Assembly: GCA_038322045.1 (NCBI GenBank)
Contig: JBBQFP010000005.1
Location: forward strand, 27,619 to 91,618
DNA from: Actinomycetes bacterium
GTDB lineage: Bacteria > Actinomycetota > Actinomycetes > JBBQFP01
Direction of reading: 5' to 3'
Length of the DNA: 64,000 bases
Shown: positions 50,993 through 60,755 of the stretch, one piece after another
How the letters are laid out: each line of letters begins with the position of its first letter
How positions within the stretch are numbered: position 1 is the stretch's first letter
Translations under genes and position numbers: made by a program
The notes under the pieces: generated by a model
Database searches by the model: none
Told to the model about the DNA's origin: nothing
Seen by the model: the letters and a program-made list of their open reading frames with translations, nothing else

Positions 50993-52764
50993 CCCTCCCC
51001 GGCGTCAGTGCCCGCTTCGACGACACCCTCGCCGGCTCTGCGCTCGTCTTCGCCGAGGCTGACGCCGTCGTCCGGGCCGACCGCCCCGACGAGGTCGTCG
51101 CCGCCCTCGACGCCGTGCACGCCGCGACGCTCCGCGGGGCATGGGCGTGGGGCTTCGTCGCCTACGAGGCCGCGCCTGCGCTCGACCCCACGCTCGCCGC
51201 ACCGCACCGTTGCACGGTGCCGCTCGTCTGGTTCGGCCTCAGCGGGCCGCCCAGCCGCGAGCCCTCGCTGCCGCCGCAGCCCGCGGGTGACGGTGCTGCA
51301 CGGTGGAGCCGCGGGTGGACCTCGGAGGGCTACCGCGGCGACGTCGCGGAGGTCCGACGCCGGATCGCTGCGGGTGACACCTACCAGTGCAACCTCACGG
51401 CCCGGCTGCACGGTGAGGTCCCGGACGCGCGGGCGCTCTACCAGCATCTCCTCGCCGGGCAGCGGACCGCCTACGCGGCCCACGTCTCGACCGGCTCCCA
51501 CGAGGTCGTCAGCGGCTCGCCCGAGCTCTTCCTCCGTCGCGCCGGCGAGCGGGTGCTCATGCGGCCGATGAAGGGCACCGCGGCCCGAGGCCGGTTCCGC
51601 TCCGAGGACGACGTGGCAGCGCGGTCGCTGGTGTCCAGCAGCAAGGAGCGGGCCGAGAACGTCATGATCGTCGACCTGCTGCGCAACGACCTCTCACGGG
51701 TGGCACTGCAGGGGAGCGTGATCGTCCCAACGATGCTCCGCGTCGAGCGCTACGGCACCGTGTGGCAGCTGACCTCCGACGTCGAGGCCGTCGTCGCACC
51801 CGAGGTGACGCTCACCGAGCTGCTCCGTGCGCTGTTCCCCTGCGGGTCGGTGACCGGCGCGCCCAAGGCACGCACCACCGAGGTCATCGCGGGGCTCGAG
51901 GGCGAGGCGCGCGGCGTCTACTGCGGCGCGATCGGCTGGGTGGCCCCTCCCGACGAGCCGGTACGCGCGCAGCTCAGCGTCGGCATCCGCACCGCTGTCG
52001 TCGAGAGGGCCACGGGGCGGGCCGGGTACGGCACGGGGAGCGGGATCACCTGGGGCTCGGTCGCCGAGGACGAGGAGGCCGAGCTCGTCGCGAAGACCGC
52101 CGTCCTCCTCGGCCGCCCGAGCGGCGAGGCGCTCCTCGAGACGCTGCGCCACGAACCCGGCGTCGGCGTCCTGCGGCTCGAGCGGCATCTGCGCCGGCTC
52201 GCGTGGTCTGCCGAGGTGCTCGGCTTCGCCGTCGACCTCGACGCGGTGCGCGCCCGGCTCGCGGGGCTCGGCAGCGCTGGTCCGGCCAGGGTGCGGCTCG
52301 TCGTGCAGCGCGACGGCGCCGTCGACGTCGCTGTGTCGCCGGCCCCGCAGCCCGCGGGCCGGCCCGTCCGGGTCGAGCTCTGCCGGCGGCCCGTCTCGTC
52401 CACCGACGTGCGGCTGTTCCACAAGACGACCGACCGGGCGGTCTACGACGAGCGCCTCGCTCACCACCCCGACGCCGACGACGTCGTCCTCACCAACGAG
52501 CGCGGCGAGGTCACCGAGTCGAGCATCGCCAACGTCGCCGTCCGGCTCGACGGCTCGTGGTGGACGCCGCCTCTCGACGCCGGCTGCCTGCCCGGGACCC
52601 TGCGCGAGGAGCTGCTCGAGCGGCAGGAGCTCACCGAGCGGGTCCTCAGCGTCGACGACGTCGCGCGGGCCGACGCCCTCGCGCTCGTGAGCTCGCTCCG
52701 AGGCTGGCGTGCGGCGGTGCTCGTCGGCGACCCTGGTCGACGAGGAGGTGCGCCATGCGCGTGA
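50815..52764 (+). CDS. pabB: Aminodeoxychorismate synthase component I fused to an aminodeoxychorismate lyase-like (class IV aminotransferase) domain; start uncertain
   Basis: Chorismate-binding core ([51 protein letters not shown]). The C-terminal 220 aa are PabC-like (HKTTDR, ANV). See the finding on the start codon. Confidence 0.8.
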   Translation: MADLPRAGRRVAAPRQQRHRDHRPARRRRHDRLPRRRPPGAASGQRRAPAWRGQRPALVALPGVSARFDDTLAGSALVFAEADAVVRADRPDEVVAALDAVHAATLRGAWAWGFVAYEAAPALDPTLAAPHRCTVPLVWFGLSGPPSREPSLPPQPAGDGAARWSRGWTSEGYRGDVAEVRRRIAAGDTYQCNLTARLHGEVPDARALYQHLLAGQRTAYAAHVSTGSHEVVSGSPELFLRRAGERVLMRPMKGTAARGRFRSEDDVAARSLVSSSKERAENVMIVDLLRNDLSRVALQGSVIVPTMLRVERYGTVWQLTSDVEAVVAPEVTLTELLRALFPCGSVTGAPKARTTEVIAGLEGEARGVYCGAIGWVAPPDEPVRAQLSVGIRTAVVERATGRAGYGTGSGITWGSVAEDEEAELVAKTAVLLGRPSGEALLETLRHEPGVGVLRLERHLRRLAWSAEVLGFAVDLDAVRARLAGLGSAGPARVRLVVQRDGAVDVAVSPAPQPAGRPVRVELCRRPVSSTDVRLFHKTTDRAVYDERLAHHPDADDVVLTNERGEVTESSIANVAVRLDGSWWTPPLDAGCLPGTLREELLERQELTERVLSVDDVARADALALVSSLRGWRAAVLVGDPGRRGGAPCA

Positions 52765-53007
52765 GCGTGGTCCGTGGGGACATCACCGAGCAGGACGTCG
52801 ACGCCGTCGTCAATGCCGCGAACAAGGTGATGCGCGACGGAGGGGGCGTCGACGGGGCCATCCATGCCGCCGGAGGGCCCGAGGGTCGCCGCCTGCGTGC
52901 GCCGCCTCCCCGGTGGCCCGCCCACCGTCCTCGCGACGCCGACCAGCGTCGAGGAGGCCCGGTTCGTCTTGCTCAGCGCGGAGCCACCGCGGCCCACGCC
53001 AGGGTGA
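52755..53007 (+). pseudogene. Decayed macro-domain (ADP-ribose-binding / deacetylase) gene remnant
   Basis: An intact N-terminus ([43 protein letters not shown]) is followed by a 1-nt frameshift. The shifted frame reads [30 protein letters not shown] and then stops. The remaining 90 aa or so are absent, and the 3' end overlaps a convergent gene. Confidence 0.55.
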
Positions 53008-53773
53008 CCTCGCCCCGCGGCCACCGGGCGGGCTCGGCCGCCACGGCCCAGTCGGCAGCGACCGCGCGCACGGTGGCGACCCAGCGCTGACGCGGCCCGA
53101 ACGGGGCCAGAGGCGCGGCGCTCGCCCAGGCGCGGTCGAGGTCGCGCAGCAGCGCGTGGACCGGCTCGCCCGGCACGTTGTGGTGGATGAGCGCCTTCGG
53201 CAGCCGCTCGGCCAGCTGCGAGGGTGCGTCGAGGTGCGAGAGGTCCGCGGCGAGGGTGAGCGTGCGCGGCCCTTCGGCGTCGAGCAGCACCCACCCGGCG
53301 AGCCGGCCCACCTCGTCGCAGGTGCCCTCGACGAGCGCCCCGCCGGGCGCGAGCCCAGCGCGCAGGGTGCCCCAGGCCGTCAGGGCGGCGTCCTCGTCGT
53401 ACTGGCGCAGGACGTTGAGCGCCCGCACGAGGGCCGGACGCCGACCCGCGAGCTCGAACCCTCCCGCCTCGAACGCCACCCCGGGGCGGGCGAGTCCGCG
53501 AGCAGCGGCGACCCTCGCCGGGTCGATCTCCAGCCCGAGGACTGCGACGTCGGACCGGACGGCGCGCAGCCGGTCGAGCAGCTCCAGCGTCGTCACCGGG
53601 GCGGAGCCGTAGCCGAGGTCGACGACGAGCGGCTCGGCGGCCAGCCGCAGCCGCCGCCCCTGGGTCGCGGCGAGCCAGCGGTCGATGCGCCGCAGCCGGT
53701 TGGGCGCCGTCGTCCCCCGGGTGACGACGCCCAGCGGTCGCCGCGGCGTCGGTCGCCGGGGCAGGGCGCTCAC
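52973..53773 (-). CDS. Class I SAM-dependent methyltransferase
   Basis: GTG 53773 overlaps the SDR stop (GTGA). [10 protein letters not shown] (motif I) and LGLEID. The upstream part of the 531-aa ORF is rejected. Confidence 0.7.
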   Translation of the reverse strand: MSALPRRPTPRRPLGVVTRGTTAPNRLRRIDRWLAATQGRRLRLAAEPLVVDLGYGSAPVTTLELLDRLRAVRSDVAVLGLEIDPARVAAARGLARPGVAFEAGGFELAGRRPALVRALNVLRQYDEDAALTAWGTLRAGLAPGGALVEGTCDEVGRLAGWVLLDAEGPRTLTLAADLSHLDAPSQLAERLPKALIHHNVPGEPVHALLRDLDRAWASAAPLAPFGPRQRWVATVRAVAADWAVAAEPARWPRGEVTLAWAAVAPR

Positions 53774-54528
53774 GTGCTCCGGTGGACCTTGTGGGCCGCC
53801 GCCTGCGCGAGCGGCTTGAGGACGAGGAGGTCGACGTCGACGTGCGGAGGGCGGGTGACGCACCAGGTGATCGCGTCGGCGACGTCCTCGGCGGTCAGCG
53901 GGGCGTCGACGCCGGCGTAGACCGACGCGGCCCTCGCCTCGTCGCCGCCGAAGCGGTTGAGGGCGAACTCGTCGGTGCGCACCATGCCGGGGGCGATCTC
54001 GGTGACCCGGACGGGCTGGCCGCACAGCTCCAGGCGCAGGGTCTCGGCCAGCGCGGTCTGCGCGTGCTTCGCGGCGGTGTACCCGCCCCCGCCCTCGTAG
54101 ACGACGTGCCCCGCCGTCGAGGTGACGAGGACGACGTGCCCCTGTCCCGAGGCCACGAGGGTCGGCAGCAGCGCCTTGGTCATCCGCAGCGACCCGAGGA
54201 CGTTGACCTCGAACATCGCGCGCCAGTCCTCGACCCCGGCGTCGGCCACGGGGTCGAGGCCGACCGCCCCGCCCGCGTTGTTGACGAGCACCTGCGCCGG
54301 GCCGACGGCCTCGGTGAAGGCGTCGACGGACTCCTGCGACGTGACGTCGAGAGCCAGGGCGCGCCCCCCGGTCTCGTCGGCGAGGGCCTCGAGGCGGTCG
54401 AGGCGTCGAGCGCCGAGGACGACGTCGAAGCCCGCTGCGGCCAGCAGCCGGGCGGTCGCGGCACCGATGCCGCTGCTCGCACCGGTGACGACGGCGGTGC
54501 CCCGGACGGGGACGGTGGGAGAGGTCAT
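53770..54528 (-). CDS. SDR family oxidoreductase
   Basis: TGASSGIG cofactor motif, NNAG, and YTAAK catalytic Tyr/Lys. Confidence 0.9.
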   Translation of the reverse strand: MTSPTVPVRGTAVVTGASSGIGAATARLLAAAGFDVVLGARRLDRLEALADETGGRALALDVTSQESVDAFTEAVGPAQVLVNNAGGAVGLDPVADAGVEDWRAMFEVNVLGSLRMTKALLPTLVASGQGHVVLVTSTAGHVVYEGGGGYTAAKHAQTALAETLRLELCGQPVRVTEIAPGMVRTDEFALNRFGGDEARAASVYAGVDAPLTAEDVADAITWCVTRPPHVDVDLLVLKPLAQAAAHKVHRST

Positions 54529-54675
54529 GTCGGCGATTGTCCCAACGGTTGGGGCGGGACGTTGCCACCGGCTGGGCGCCGAGGGGTGGACCGGCGGGGA
54601 ATGGGGCAGGATCGCGGGCGGTTCCCCACGTCAGGCCGCACCGACCGGCCGCCCACGCTCGAGGGAGGTAGCTGC

Positions 54676-55968
54676 GTGACGCTGCGACCCCTGCTCAGCC
54701 GTCGTCCGCTGCGCGTGGCGACGCTGTCCGTGCACACCTCACCGCTGGACCAGCCGGGCACCGGCGACGCCGGGGGCATGAACGTCTACGTCGTCGAGAT
54801 GTCCAAGCGGCTGGCCGAGGCCGGTGTCAGCGTCGAGATCTTCACCCGCGCCACGGCCGCGGACCTCCCCCCGTCGGTCGAGATCGCCCCCGGCGTCACC
54901 GTGCGCCACGTCGTCGCCGGTCCGTACGGCGGCATGGCGAAGGAAGACCTCCCCGGGCAGCTGTGCGCCGTCACGGCCGGCGTGCTGCGGGCCGAGGCGA
55001 TGCGCGAGCCCGGCCACTACGACGTCGTCCACTCCCACTACTGGCTCTCCGGGCAGGTGGGTTGGCTCGCCTCCGAGCGCTGGGGCGTGCCGCTCGTGCA
55101 CTCGGCGCACACCCTCGCCCGGGTGAAGAACCAGGGCCTGGCCGCCGGTGACACCCCCGAGCCGTCCGCCCGGGCGATCGGCGAGGAGCAGGTCGTCGCC
55201 GCCAGCGACCGCCTCGTCGCCAACACCGACGAGGAGGCGCGTCACCTCGTCGAGCTCTACGGCGCCGATCCCGGGCGGGTGGTCACGGTGCACCCAGGCG
55301 CGGACCTCGAGACGTTCCGGCCCGGATCGCGCTCGGCCGCCCGCGCCGCCCTCGGTCTGCGCGAGGACGCCGTCGTCCTCCTCTTCGTCGGGCGGATCCA
55401 GCCGCTCAAGGCCCCTGACGTCCTGCTCCGGGCAGCGGCGCGGATGCTCGAGACCGACCCGGCCCTTCGCGGCCGCCTCGTCGTCGCTGTCGTCGGCGGC
55501 CCGAGCGGTTCCGGGCTCGCCGAGCCGGACTGGCTCGTCGACCTCGCCGCCGAGCTCGGTATCTCCGACGTCGTCCGCTTCGAGAAGCCCGTGCGCCAGC
55601 ACGAGCTCGTCACGTGGTACCGCGCCGCTGACCTCACGGCCGTCCCCTCCTACAGCGAGTCGTTCGGGCTCGTCGCCGTCGAGTCCCAGGCGTGCGGCAC
55701 CCCCGTCGTCGCCGCGGCCGTCGGCGGCCTGCCGACGGCGGTAGCCCACCGCAGCACCGGCCTGCTCGTCCCCGGGCACGACCCGCTGGACTGGGCCAGA
55801 GCCCTCGGCGAGGTCGTCGAGGGCCGGGGCCTGCGGGCCGCCATGGGCAGGGCCGGCCTGGAGCGGGCCCGCAGCTTCGGCTGGCCCGCGGCCGCGGCGT
55901 CGCTGATCGACGTGTACGCCGAGGCCGTCGCCGAGCGCGAGGACCGGCGACGGCTGGCCCTGGCGTGA
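54676..55968 (+). CDS. mshA: D-inositol-3-phosphate glycosyltransferase (mycothiol biosynthesis)
   Basis: GTG 54676 lies after [35 protein letters not shown], and the C-terminal [29 protein letters not shown]. Confidence 0.9.
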   Translation: MTLRPLLSRRPLRVATLSVHTSPLDQPGTGDAGGMNVYVVEMSKRLAEAGVSVEIFTRATAADLPPSVEIAPGVTVRHVVAGPYGGMAKEDLPGQLCAVTAGVLRAEAMREPGHYDVVHSHYWLSGQVGWLASERWGVPLVHSAHTLARVKNQGLAAGDTPEPSARAIGEEQVVAASDRLVANTDEEARHLVELYGADPGRVVTVHPGADLETFRPGSRSAARAALGLREDAVVLLFVGRIQPLKAPDVLLRAAARMLETDPALRGRLVVAVVGGPSGSGLAEPDWLVDLAAELGISDVVRFEKPVRQHELVTWYRAADLTAVPSYSESFGLVAVESQACGTPVVAAAVGGLPTAVAHRSTGLLVPGHDPLDWARALGEVVEGRGLRAAMGRAGLERARSFGWPAAAASLIDVYAEAVAEREDRRRLALA

Positions 55969-56486
55969 GCGCCCTCTCCGGTCGTCGGGCCGCGGCCGCC
56001 GAGGCTGTCCGCAGCGCCGTACGGCTCGCCGAGGTCGAGTGCGAGGAGTCGGCTCCCGGCACCTTCGTCGTCACGCTCCCCGGCGAGCACAAGCTGCGCA
56101 CGACCGTGTCCCTCGTCGTCGGCGACCACACGCTGGGCCTCAACGCCTTCGTCGTCCGGGCACCGGAGGAGGACGCAGTCACCGTCTACCGGTGGCTGCT
56201 CGAGCACAACCTCCGCGCGCAGGGGGTCGCCTTCGCCGTCGACCGGCTCGGCGACGTCTACCTCGTCGGCACGCTGCCCCTCGCGGCGGTGACCCCGGAC
56301 GAGGTCGACCGGCTGCTCGGCGCCGTCGTCACGCTCTCCGACGGCTCCTTCGACACCCTGCTCACCCTCGGTTTCGCCGGGGCGATCCGTCGGGAGCACG
56401 CGTGGCGGGTCTCCCGCGGCGAGCCGACGACGAACCTCGACGCCTTCGCCGGGATCCTCCACCTCGGCGAGGAGCCGCATCGGTAG
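55965..56486 (+). CDS. YbjN domain-containing protein (Rv0487-like)
   Basis: GTGA overlap with msh[31 protein letters not shown]. Confidence 0.7.
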   Translation: MSALSGRRAAAAEAVRSAVRLAEVECEESAPGTFVVTLPGEHKLRTTVSLVVGDHTLGLNAFVVRAPEEDAVTVYRWLLEHNLRAQGVAFAVDRLGDVYLVGTLPLAAVTPDEVDRLLGAVVTLSDGSFDTLLTLGFAGAIRREHAWRVSRGEPTTNLDAFAGILHLGEEPHR

Positions 56487-56496
56487 GCTCGCGGTC

Positions 56497-57252
56497 ATGA
56501 CGCACGCGACGCACACCCTGGTCCTGCTCCGCCACGGCGAGAGCGTCTGGAACGCCCAGAACCTCTTCACCGGCTGGGTCGACGTCGACCTCTCGGAGAA
56601 GGGCCTCGCCGAGGCTCGTCGCGGCGGCACGATGCTCACGCAGGCCGGCGTCCTGCCCGACGTCGTCCACACCTCGGTGCAGCGGCGGGCGATCCGCACC
56701 GCGCAGGAGGCCCTCGACGAGTGCGACCGCCACTGGATCCCCGTGCGGCGGTCGTGGCGGCTCAACGAGCGCCACTACGGTGCGCTGCAGGGCAAGAACA
56801 AGAAGCAGACGCTCGAGGAGTTCGGCGAGGAGCAGTTCATGCTCTGGCGCCGCTCCTACGACGTCCCGCCGCCGCGCCTCTCCGACGACGACCAGTACTC
56901 CCAGGTCGGCGAGGCGCGCTACCGCGACCTGCCCGACGAGATCGTCCCGCGCACCGAGTGCCTCAAGGACGTCGTCGCCCGGATGCTGCCCTACTGGTAC
57001 GACGGCATCGTCCCCGACCTCATGGCCCGCCGGACCGTCCTCGTCGCCGCCCACGGCAACTCGCTGCGAGCGCTCGTCAAGCACCTCGACCACGTGAGCG
57101 ACGACTCGATCGCCGGCCTCAACATCCCGACGGGCATCCCGCTCGTCTACCGGCTCGACCAGCACCTCGCCCCGACGGTCCCCGGCGGGGAGTACCTCGA
57201 CCCGGCCGCCGCGGCTGCCGCGATCGAGGCCGTGAAGAACCAAGGGCGCTAG
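56497..57252 (+). CDS. gpmA: 2,3-bisphosphoglycerate-dependent phosphoglycerate mutase
   Basis: [47 protein letters not shown]. Confidence 0.95.
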   Translation: MTHATHTLVLLRHGESVWNAQNLFTGWVDVDLSEKGLAEARRGGTMLTQAGVLPDVVHTSVQRRAIRTAQEALDECDRHWIPVRRSWRLNERHYGALQGKNKKQTLEEFGEEQFMLWRRSYDVPPPRLSDDDQYSQVGEARYRDLPDEIVPRTECLKDVVARMLPYWYDGIVPDLMARRTVLVAAHGNSLRALVKHLDHVSDDSIAGLNIPTGIPLVYRLDQHLAPTVPGGEYLDPAAAAAAIEAVKNQGR

Positions 57253-57299
57253 CCCGACGAGCCAGGGCGCCGGCGGCCCGGGCGCCGAGCGCGCAGAGG

Positions 57300-57971
57300 C
57301 TAGCCGCCGGTCGTCAGCGTGGTCTGGTCGGCGGCGTACTGCCCGGTGACCAGGTAGACGACGCGCCGCGCGGCTAAGACCGCGTGGTCGGCGAACCTCT
57401 CGTAGTAGCGCCCGATGAGCGTGAGGTCGATGGCTGCCTCGATGCCGCGGTCCCAGCTCTCGTCGAGCAGCAGGGTGAACAGCTCGCGGTGCAGCCGGTC
57501 CATCTCGTCGTCGTCCTCCTCGAGCTCCAGCGCCACCCGGACGTCCTTGCTCGCGACGACGGTCCCGGCCTTGGCGACGATCCCCGTGGCGACGTGCCCC
57601 ATCTGCTGGATCGTCGCCCGCAGCTCCGGGGGGACGGCCGACTCGGGGTAGCGCATCCGGGCGACCTTCGCCACGTGGCGCGCGAGGTCGCCCATCCGCT
57701 CGAAGTCGGAGCACATGCGCAGGCCCGTGAAGACGATCCGCAGATCGGTGGCCACAGGCTGCTGACGGGCGAGCAGGGTGAACGAGCGCTCGTCGATGTC
57801 GTTGCGCAGCTTGTCGACGACGTCGTCCGCCGAGATCACGCTCTCGGCGATCCCGAGGTCGGCGTCGAGCAGCGCGGTGGTCGCCCGTTCCATCGCCGAC
57901 CCGGCCAGCCGGGCCATCTCGACGAGCTGGTCGCTGATGCTGTCGAGCTCCTCGTGGTAAGCGTCGCGCAC
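57300..57971 (-). CDS. phoU: Phosphate signalling complex protein PhoU
   Basis: Two PhoU repeats (ADDVVDKLRNDIDERS; DDDEMDRLHRELF) and ERFADHAV / ERMGDLARHVA. Confidence 0.9.
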   Translation of the reverse strand: MRDAYHEELDSISDQLVEMARLAGSAMERATTALLDADLGIAESVISADDVVDKLRNDIDERSFTLLARQQPVATDLRIVFTGLRMCSDFERMGDLARHVAKVARMRYPESAVPPELRATIQQMGHVATGIVAKAGTVVASKDVRVALELEEDDDEMDRLHRELFTLLLDESWDRGIEAAIDLTLIGRYYERFADHAVLAARRVVYLVTGQYAADQTTLTTGG

Positions 57972-58074
57972 GGTGCTGCTCCTGACTTTCGCAAGGGGGA
58001 CGTGTCGGCTGCGCTGCTCCAGCCTGTGTCGTCCGGCCAGGCTAGGGGGTGCGCGCTACCGCAGCGGTCGCCGG

Positions 58075-58103
58075 GGTGAACGGCACCCGGTGGTCCGGTG
58101 AAC
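58075..58103 (-). promoter_or_regulatory. PHO-box-like GTTCACC units, 22 nt apart, upstream of phoU
   Basis: The minus strand reads GTTCACCGGAC-CACCGGGTGCC-GTTCACCCCGG. It lies 104-132 nt upstream of the phoU start and also upstream of senX3 on the other strand. Confidence 0.55.
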
Positions 58104-58209
58104 AGTAGGAGACGAGCCGCCTGTGGGGGCCGTCCGCGCCCCGGAGGCCGTGCCGCGGCTCCGTACGATGCACGCGTGCGGCAGGCGGTCGCCTGCCGCC
58201 TCGGTGAGA

Positions 58210-58242
58210 TGCTCGGGACCTGCTCGGGACCTGCTCGGGACC
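58210..58242. repeat. Perfect 11-bp x3 tandem repeat (TGCTCGGGACC) just upstream of senX3
   Basis: Copies at 58210-58220, 58221-58231 and 58232-58242. The period is not a multiple of 3. Confidence 0.9.
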
Positions 58243-58272
58243 CGTTCGGTGACACGGTGGAGAGGCGGGCGC

Positions 58273-59442
58273 GTGCGCAGCATCCGGCGTCCCGACCTCA
58301 GCCCTCGCCAGCGTCTCCCTTCGGGGGGCGAGGCCGGGACCGGGCTCCCTGAGGCCGCCCTCGAGGTCCTCACGGCACTGGGCGCCTCGCTCGTCGTCCT
58401 CGGTCCGGGCGACGACGTCCGCTATGAGAGCGAGGACGTCGCAGCCCTCGGGGTGCTGCGCAACGGGCGGGTCGCCGCCGACGCGCTGCTCGCCCTCACC
58501 CGGGGGACCCGTCGAGACGGCGTCGTCCGTACCACCGAGCTCGAGCTCGCGCGAGGTCCTCTCGGCGGGGAGACCCTGAGCGTCTCGGCCCAGGCGACCC
58601 GGCTGGACGACGGGCTCGTGCTCCTGCTCCTCGAGGACCGCACCGAGGCCCGACGTCTCGACGCGGTACGCCGCGACTTCGTCGCCAACGTCTCCCACGA
58701 GCTCAAGACGCCCGTGGGCGCCCTCGCCCTTCTCGCCGAGGCGATCTGCGAGGCCACCGACGACCCCGAGGCGGTCAAGCGCTTCGCCGGCCGGATGCAG
58801 CACGAGGCCTCGCGCCTCGGCGCGCTCGTCGGCGAGCTCATCGAGCTCTCCCGGCTGCAGGACCGCGACCCCGTCCGCGAGGCGGTCGAGGTCGACGTCG
58901 ACGACGTCGTCGGCGACGCCCTGGACCGGTGCCGGTTCGCCGCCCATTCCAAGAGCATCTCTCTCGTCTACCACGGTGGCGACGAGGTGTACGTGCTCGG
59001 CGACGAGGAGCAGCTCGTCACCGCGCTGCGCAACCTCGTCATGAACGCCATCAGCTACAGCCCCCAGCACACCAAGGTCACCCTCGCGCTCCGCCGCGCG
59101 GGCGAGCTCGCCGAGATCACGGTGACCGACCAGGGCATCGGGATCCCCGAGGCCGACATCGACCGGATCTTCGAGCGGTTCTACCGGGTGGATCCCGCTC
59201 GGTCTCGTGCCACAGGAGGCACCGGCCTGGGGCTGGCGATCGTCAAGCACGTCGCTGCGGTCCACGGTGGCGACGTCTCCGTGTGGAGCGTCGAGGGCGC
59301 CGGGTCGACGTTCACGCTCCGGCTGCCCGCGCTGCGCGAGAACCCCGTAGCCCAGCTGGACTCCGCGGCTGATCTCTACCCTGCGCCCGAGCCGGACCCC
59401 GCAGATCAGCCCTACCCCGCTCCCCAGGAGGACGCACCGTGA
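58273..59442 (+). CDS. senX3: Sensor histidine kinase SenX3-like (PAS-HisKA-HATPase; no obvious TM helix)
   Basis: GTG 58273 lies 8 nt after GGAGAGG; the ORF-track ATG is 58123. RRDFVANVSHELKTP H-box, N-box LVMNAISYS, and G-boxes DQGIGI / GTGLGLAIV. Confidence 0.85.
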   Translation: MRSIRRPDLSPRQRLPSGGEAGTGLPEAALEVLTALGASLVVLGPGDDVRYESEDVAALGVLRNGRVAADALLALTRGTRRDGVVRTTELELARGPLGGETLSVSAQATRLDDGLVLLLLEDRTEARRLDAVRRDFVANVSHELKTPVGALALLAEAICEATDDPEAVKRFAGRMQHEASRLGALVGELIELSRLQDRDPVREAVEVDVDDVVGDALDRCRFAAHSKSISLVYHGGDEVYVLGDEEQLVTALRNLVMNAISYSPQHTKVTLALRRAGELAEITVTDQGIGIPEADIDRIFERFYRVDPARSRATGGTGLGLAIVKHVAAVHGGDVSVWSVEGAGSTFTLRLPALRENPVAQLDSAADLYPAPEPDPADQPYPAPQEDAP

Positions 59443-60116
59443 CCCGGCTGCTCGTCGTCGAGGACGAGGAGTCGTTCTCCGACGCCCTCTCCTACATGCT
59501 GCGCAAGGAGGGCTTCGAGGTCGCCGTCGCGGCCACGGGGCCCGCGGCGCTCGAGGAGTTCGACCGCTCCGGGGCCGACCTCGTCCTGCTCGACCTCATG
59601 CTCCCCGGGCTCCCCGGCACAGAGGTCTGCCGAGCTCTGCGGCAACGCTCCACCGTCCCGGTGATCATGCTCACCGCCAAGGACAGCGAGGTCGACAAGG
59701 TCGTCGGACTCGAGCTCGGCGCCGACGACTACGTGACGAAGCCCTTCTCGCCGCGCGAGCTCGTCGCACGGATCCGGGCCGTCCTGCGCCGCGGCGAGAG
59801 CGTGGAGCTGCTCACCGGCACCCTCGAGGCCGGTCCCGTGCGGATGGACGTCGAGCGGTACGTCGTCACGGTCGACGGGCGCCCGACGCCGATGCCGCTC
59901 AAGGAGTTCGAGCTGCTCGAGCTGCTCCTGCGCAACTCCGGGCGGGTGCTCACCCGCATGCAGCTCATCGACCGGGTCTGGGGCTCGGACTACGTCGGGG
60001 ACACGAAGACCCTCGACGTCCACGTCAAGCGGCTGCGAGCCAAGATCGAGACCGACCCGTCCAACCCGCACCTTCTCGTGACGGTGCGCGGCCTCGGCTA
60101 CAAGCTCGAGGCCTGA
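59439..60116 (+). CDS. regX3: OmpR-family response regulator RegX3
   Basis: GTGA overlap with the kinase. LLVVEDEES, DLVLLDLMLPG, KPFSPREL, and a winged helix (LKEFELLELL, LDVHVKRLRAKIE). Confidence 0.95.
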   Translation: MTRLLVVEDEESFSDALSYMLRKEGFEVAVAATGPAALEEFDRSGADLVLLDLMLPGLPGTEVCRALRQRSTVPVIMLTAKDSEVDKVVGLELGADDYVTKPFSPRELVARIRAVLRRGESVELLTGTLEAGPVRMDVERYVVTVDGRPTPMPLKEFELLELLLRNSGRVLTRMQLIDRVWGSDYVGDTKTLDVHVKRLRAKIETDPSNPHLLVTVRGLGYKLEA

Positions 60117-60149
60117 GCGCGGGAGCGGCGGTCTCGGGAGCGGCTGGTC

Positions 60150-60725
60150 TCAGGAGGCCGACGGCGACGGGACCGCGCTGGCCCAGAAGCCGCTCGCCGG
60201 CACGACCGGGACGGCGAAGGTGATGGCGCCGCCGCGTGCCAGCGTCACGGTGAGCGAGGTGATGTCGCCGGGCTTGGCGGTGAGCCCCTCGACCGTTGCC
60301 TGGGCTGTGGCCACCGAGGCGCCTGGCGTGCCGTAGCCCCCGCCAAAGCGCAGGACGCCCTTGGCGGGCACCGAGGCCTCGCCGCCGATGGTGGCCGCCG
60401 TCCCGCCGACGGTGACGGCCGTGACCTCGTCGGCCTGCGACGCGTTGTTGGCGATGCTCGTCGAGAGGACCGAGGGCGCGCCCTCGCCCGGAGAGACGAC
60501 GACAGCGTTGAGCACCCGGATGTCGCCCTGGGAGGCCTGGGTACCGTCGGCCGGCGCGTAAGGCTTGTCGGTCTGCGCGGTGCGACCGGCGCCGCACCCG
60601 GCAAGGAGCGGCACGACGACGGCAGCGGCGAGGGCGACCCTGCCGGGACGGCGCAGCCGCCGGGTGCCGACGGCGGGCGCGGGTCGTGCTGGGGTCACGG
60701 TGCGTCTCCTCGTACGGGCGGGCAC
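60150..60725 (-). CDS. Secreted lipoprotein, function unknown
   Basis: Arg-rich N-region and lipobox LLAGCG. The body is a beta-rich Gly/Ala/Thr/Val sequence. Confidence 0.6.
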   Translation of the reverse strand: MPARTRRRTVTPARPAPAVGTRRLRRPGRVALAAAVVVPLLAGCGAGRTAQTDKPYAPADGTQASQGDIRVLNAVVVSPGEGAPSVLSTSIANNASQADEVTAVTVGGTAATIGGEASVPAKGVLRFGGGYGTPGASVATAQATVEGLTAKPGDITSLTVTLARGGAITFAVPVVPASGFWASAVPSPSAS

Positions 60726-60755
60726 GGGTGGTCACGGGTCGAGAGGGCGTGCTCG

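Noticed and set aside
52973-54568. A 531-aa ORF on the minus strand.
   Set aside because: It is a composite. Only the C-terminal 266 aa (methyltransferase, start 53773) are credible. The upstream part lies in an alternative frame of the SDR gene (53770-54528), which has clean TGASSGIG / YTAAK motifs.
53782-55968. A 728-aa ORF on the plus strand.
   Set aside because: The first 298 codons are antisense to the SDR gene and are low-complexity Arg/Gly/Asp. MshA homology begins at GTG 54676, behind a GAGGGAGG RBS.
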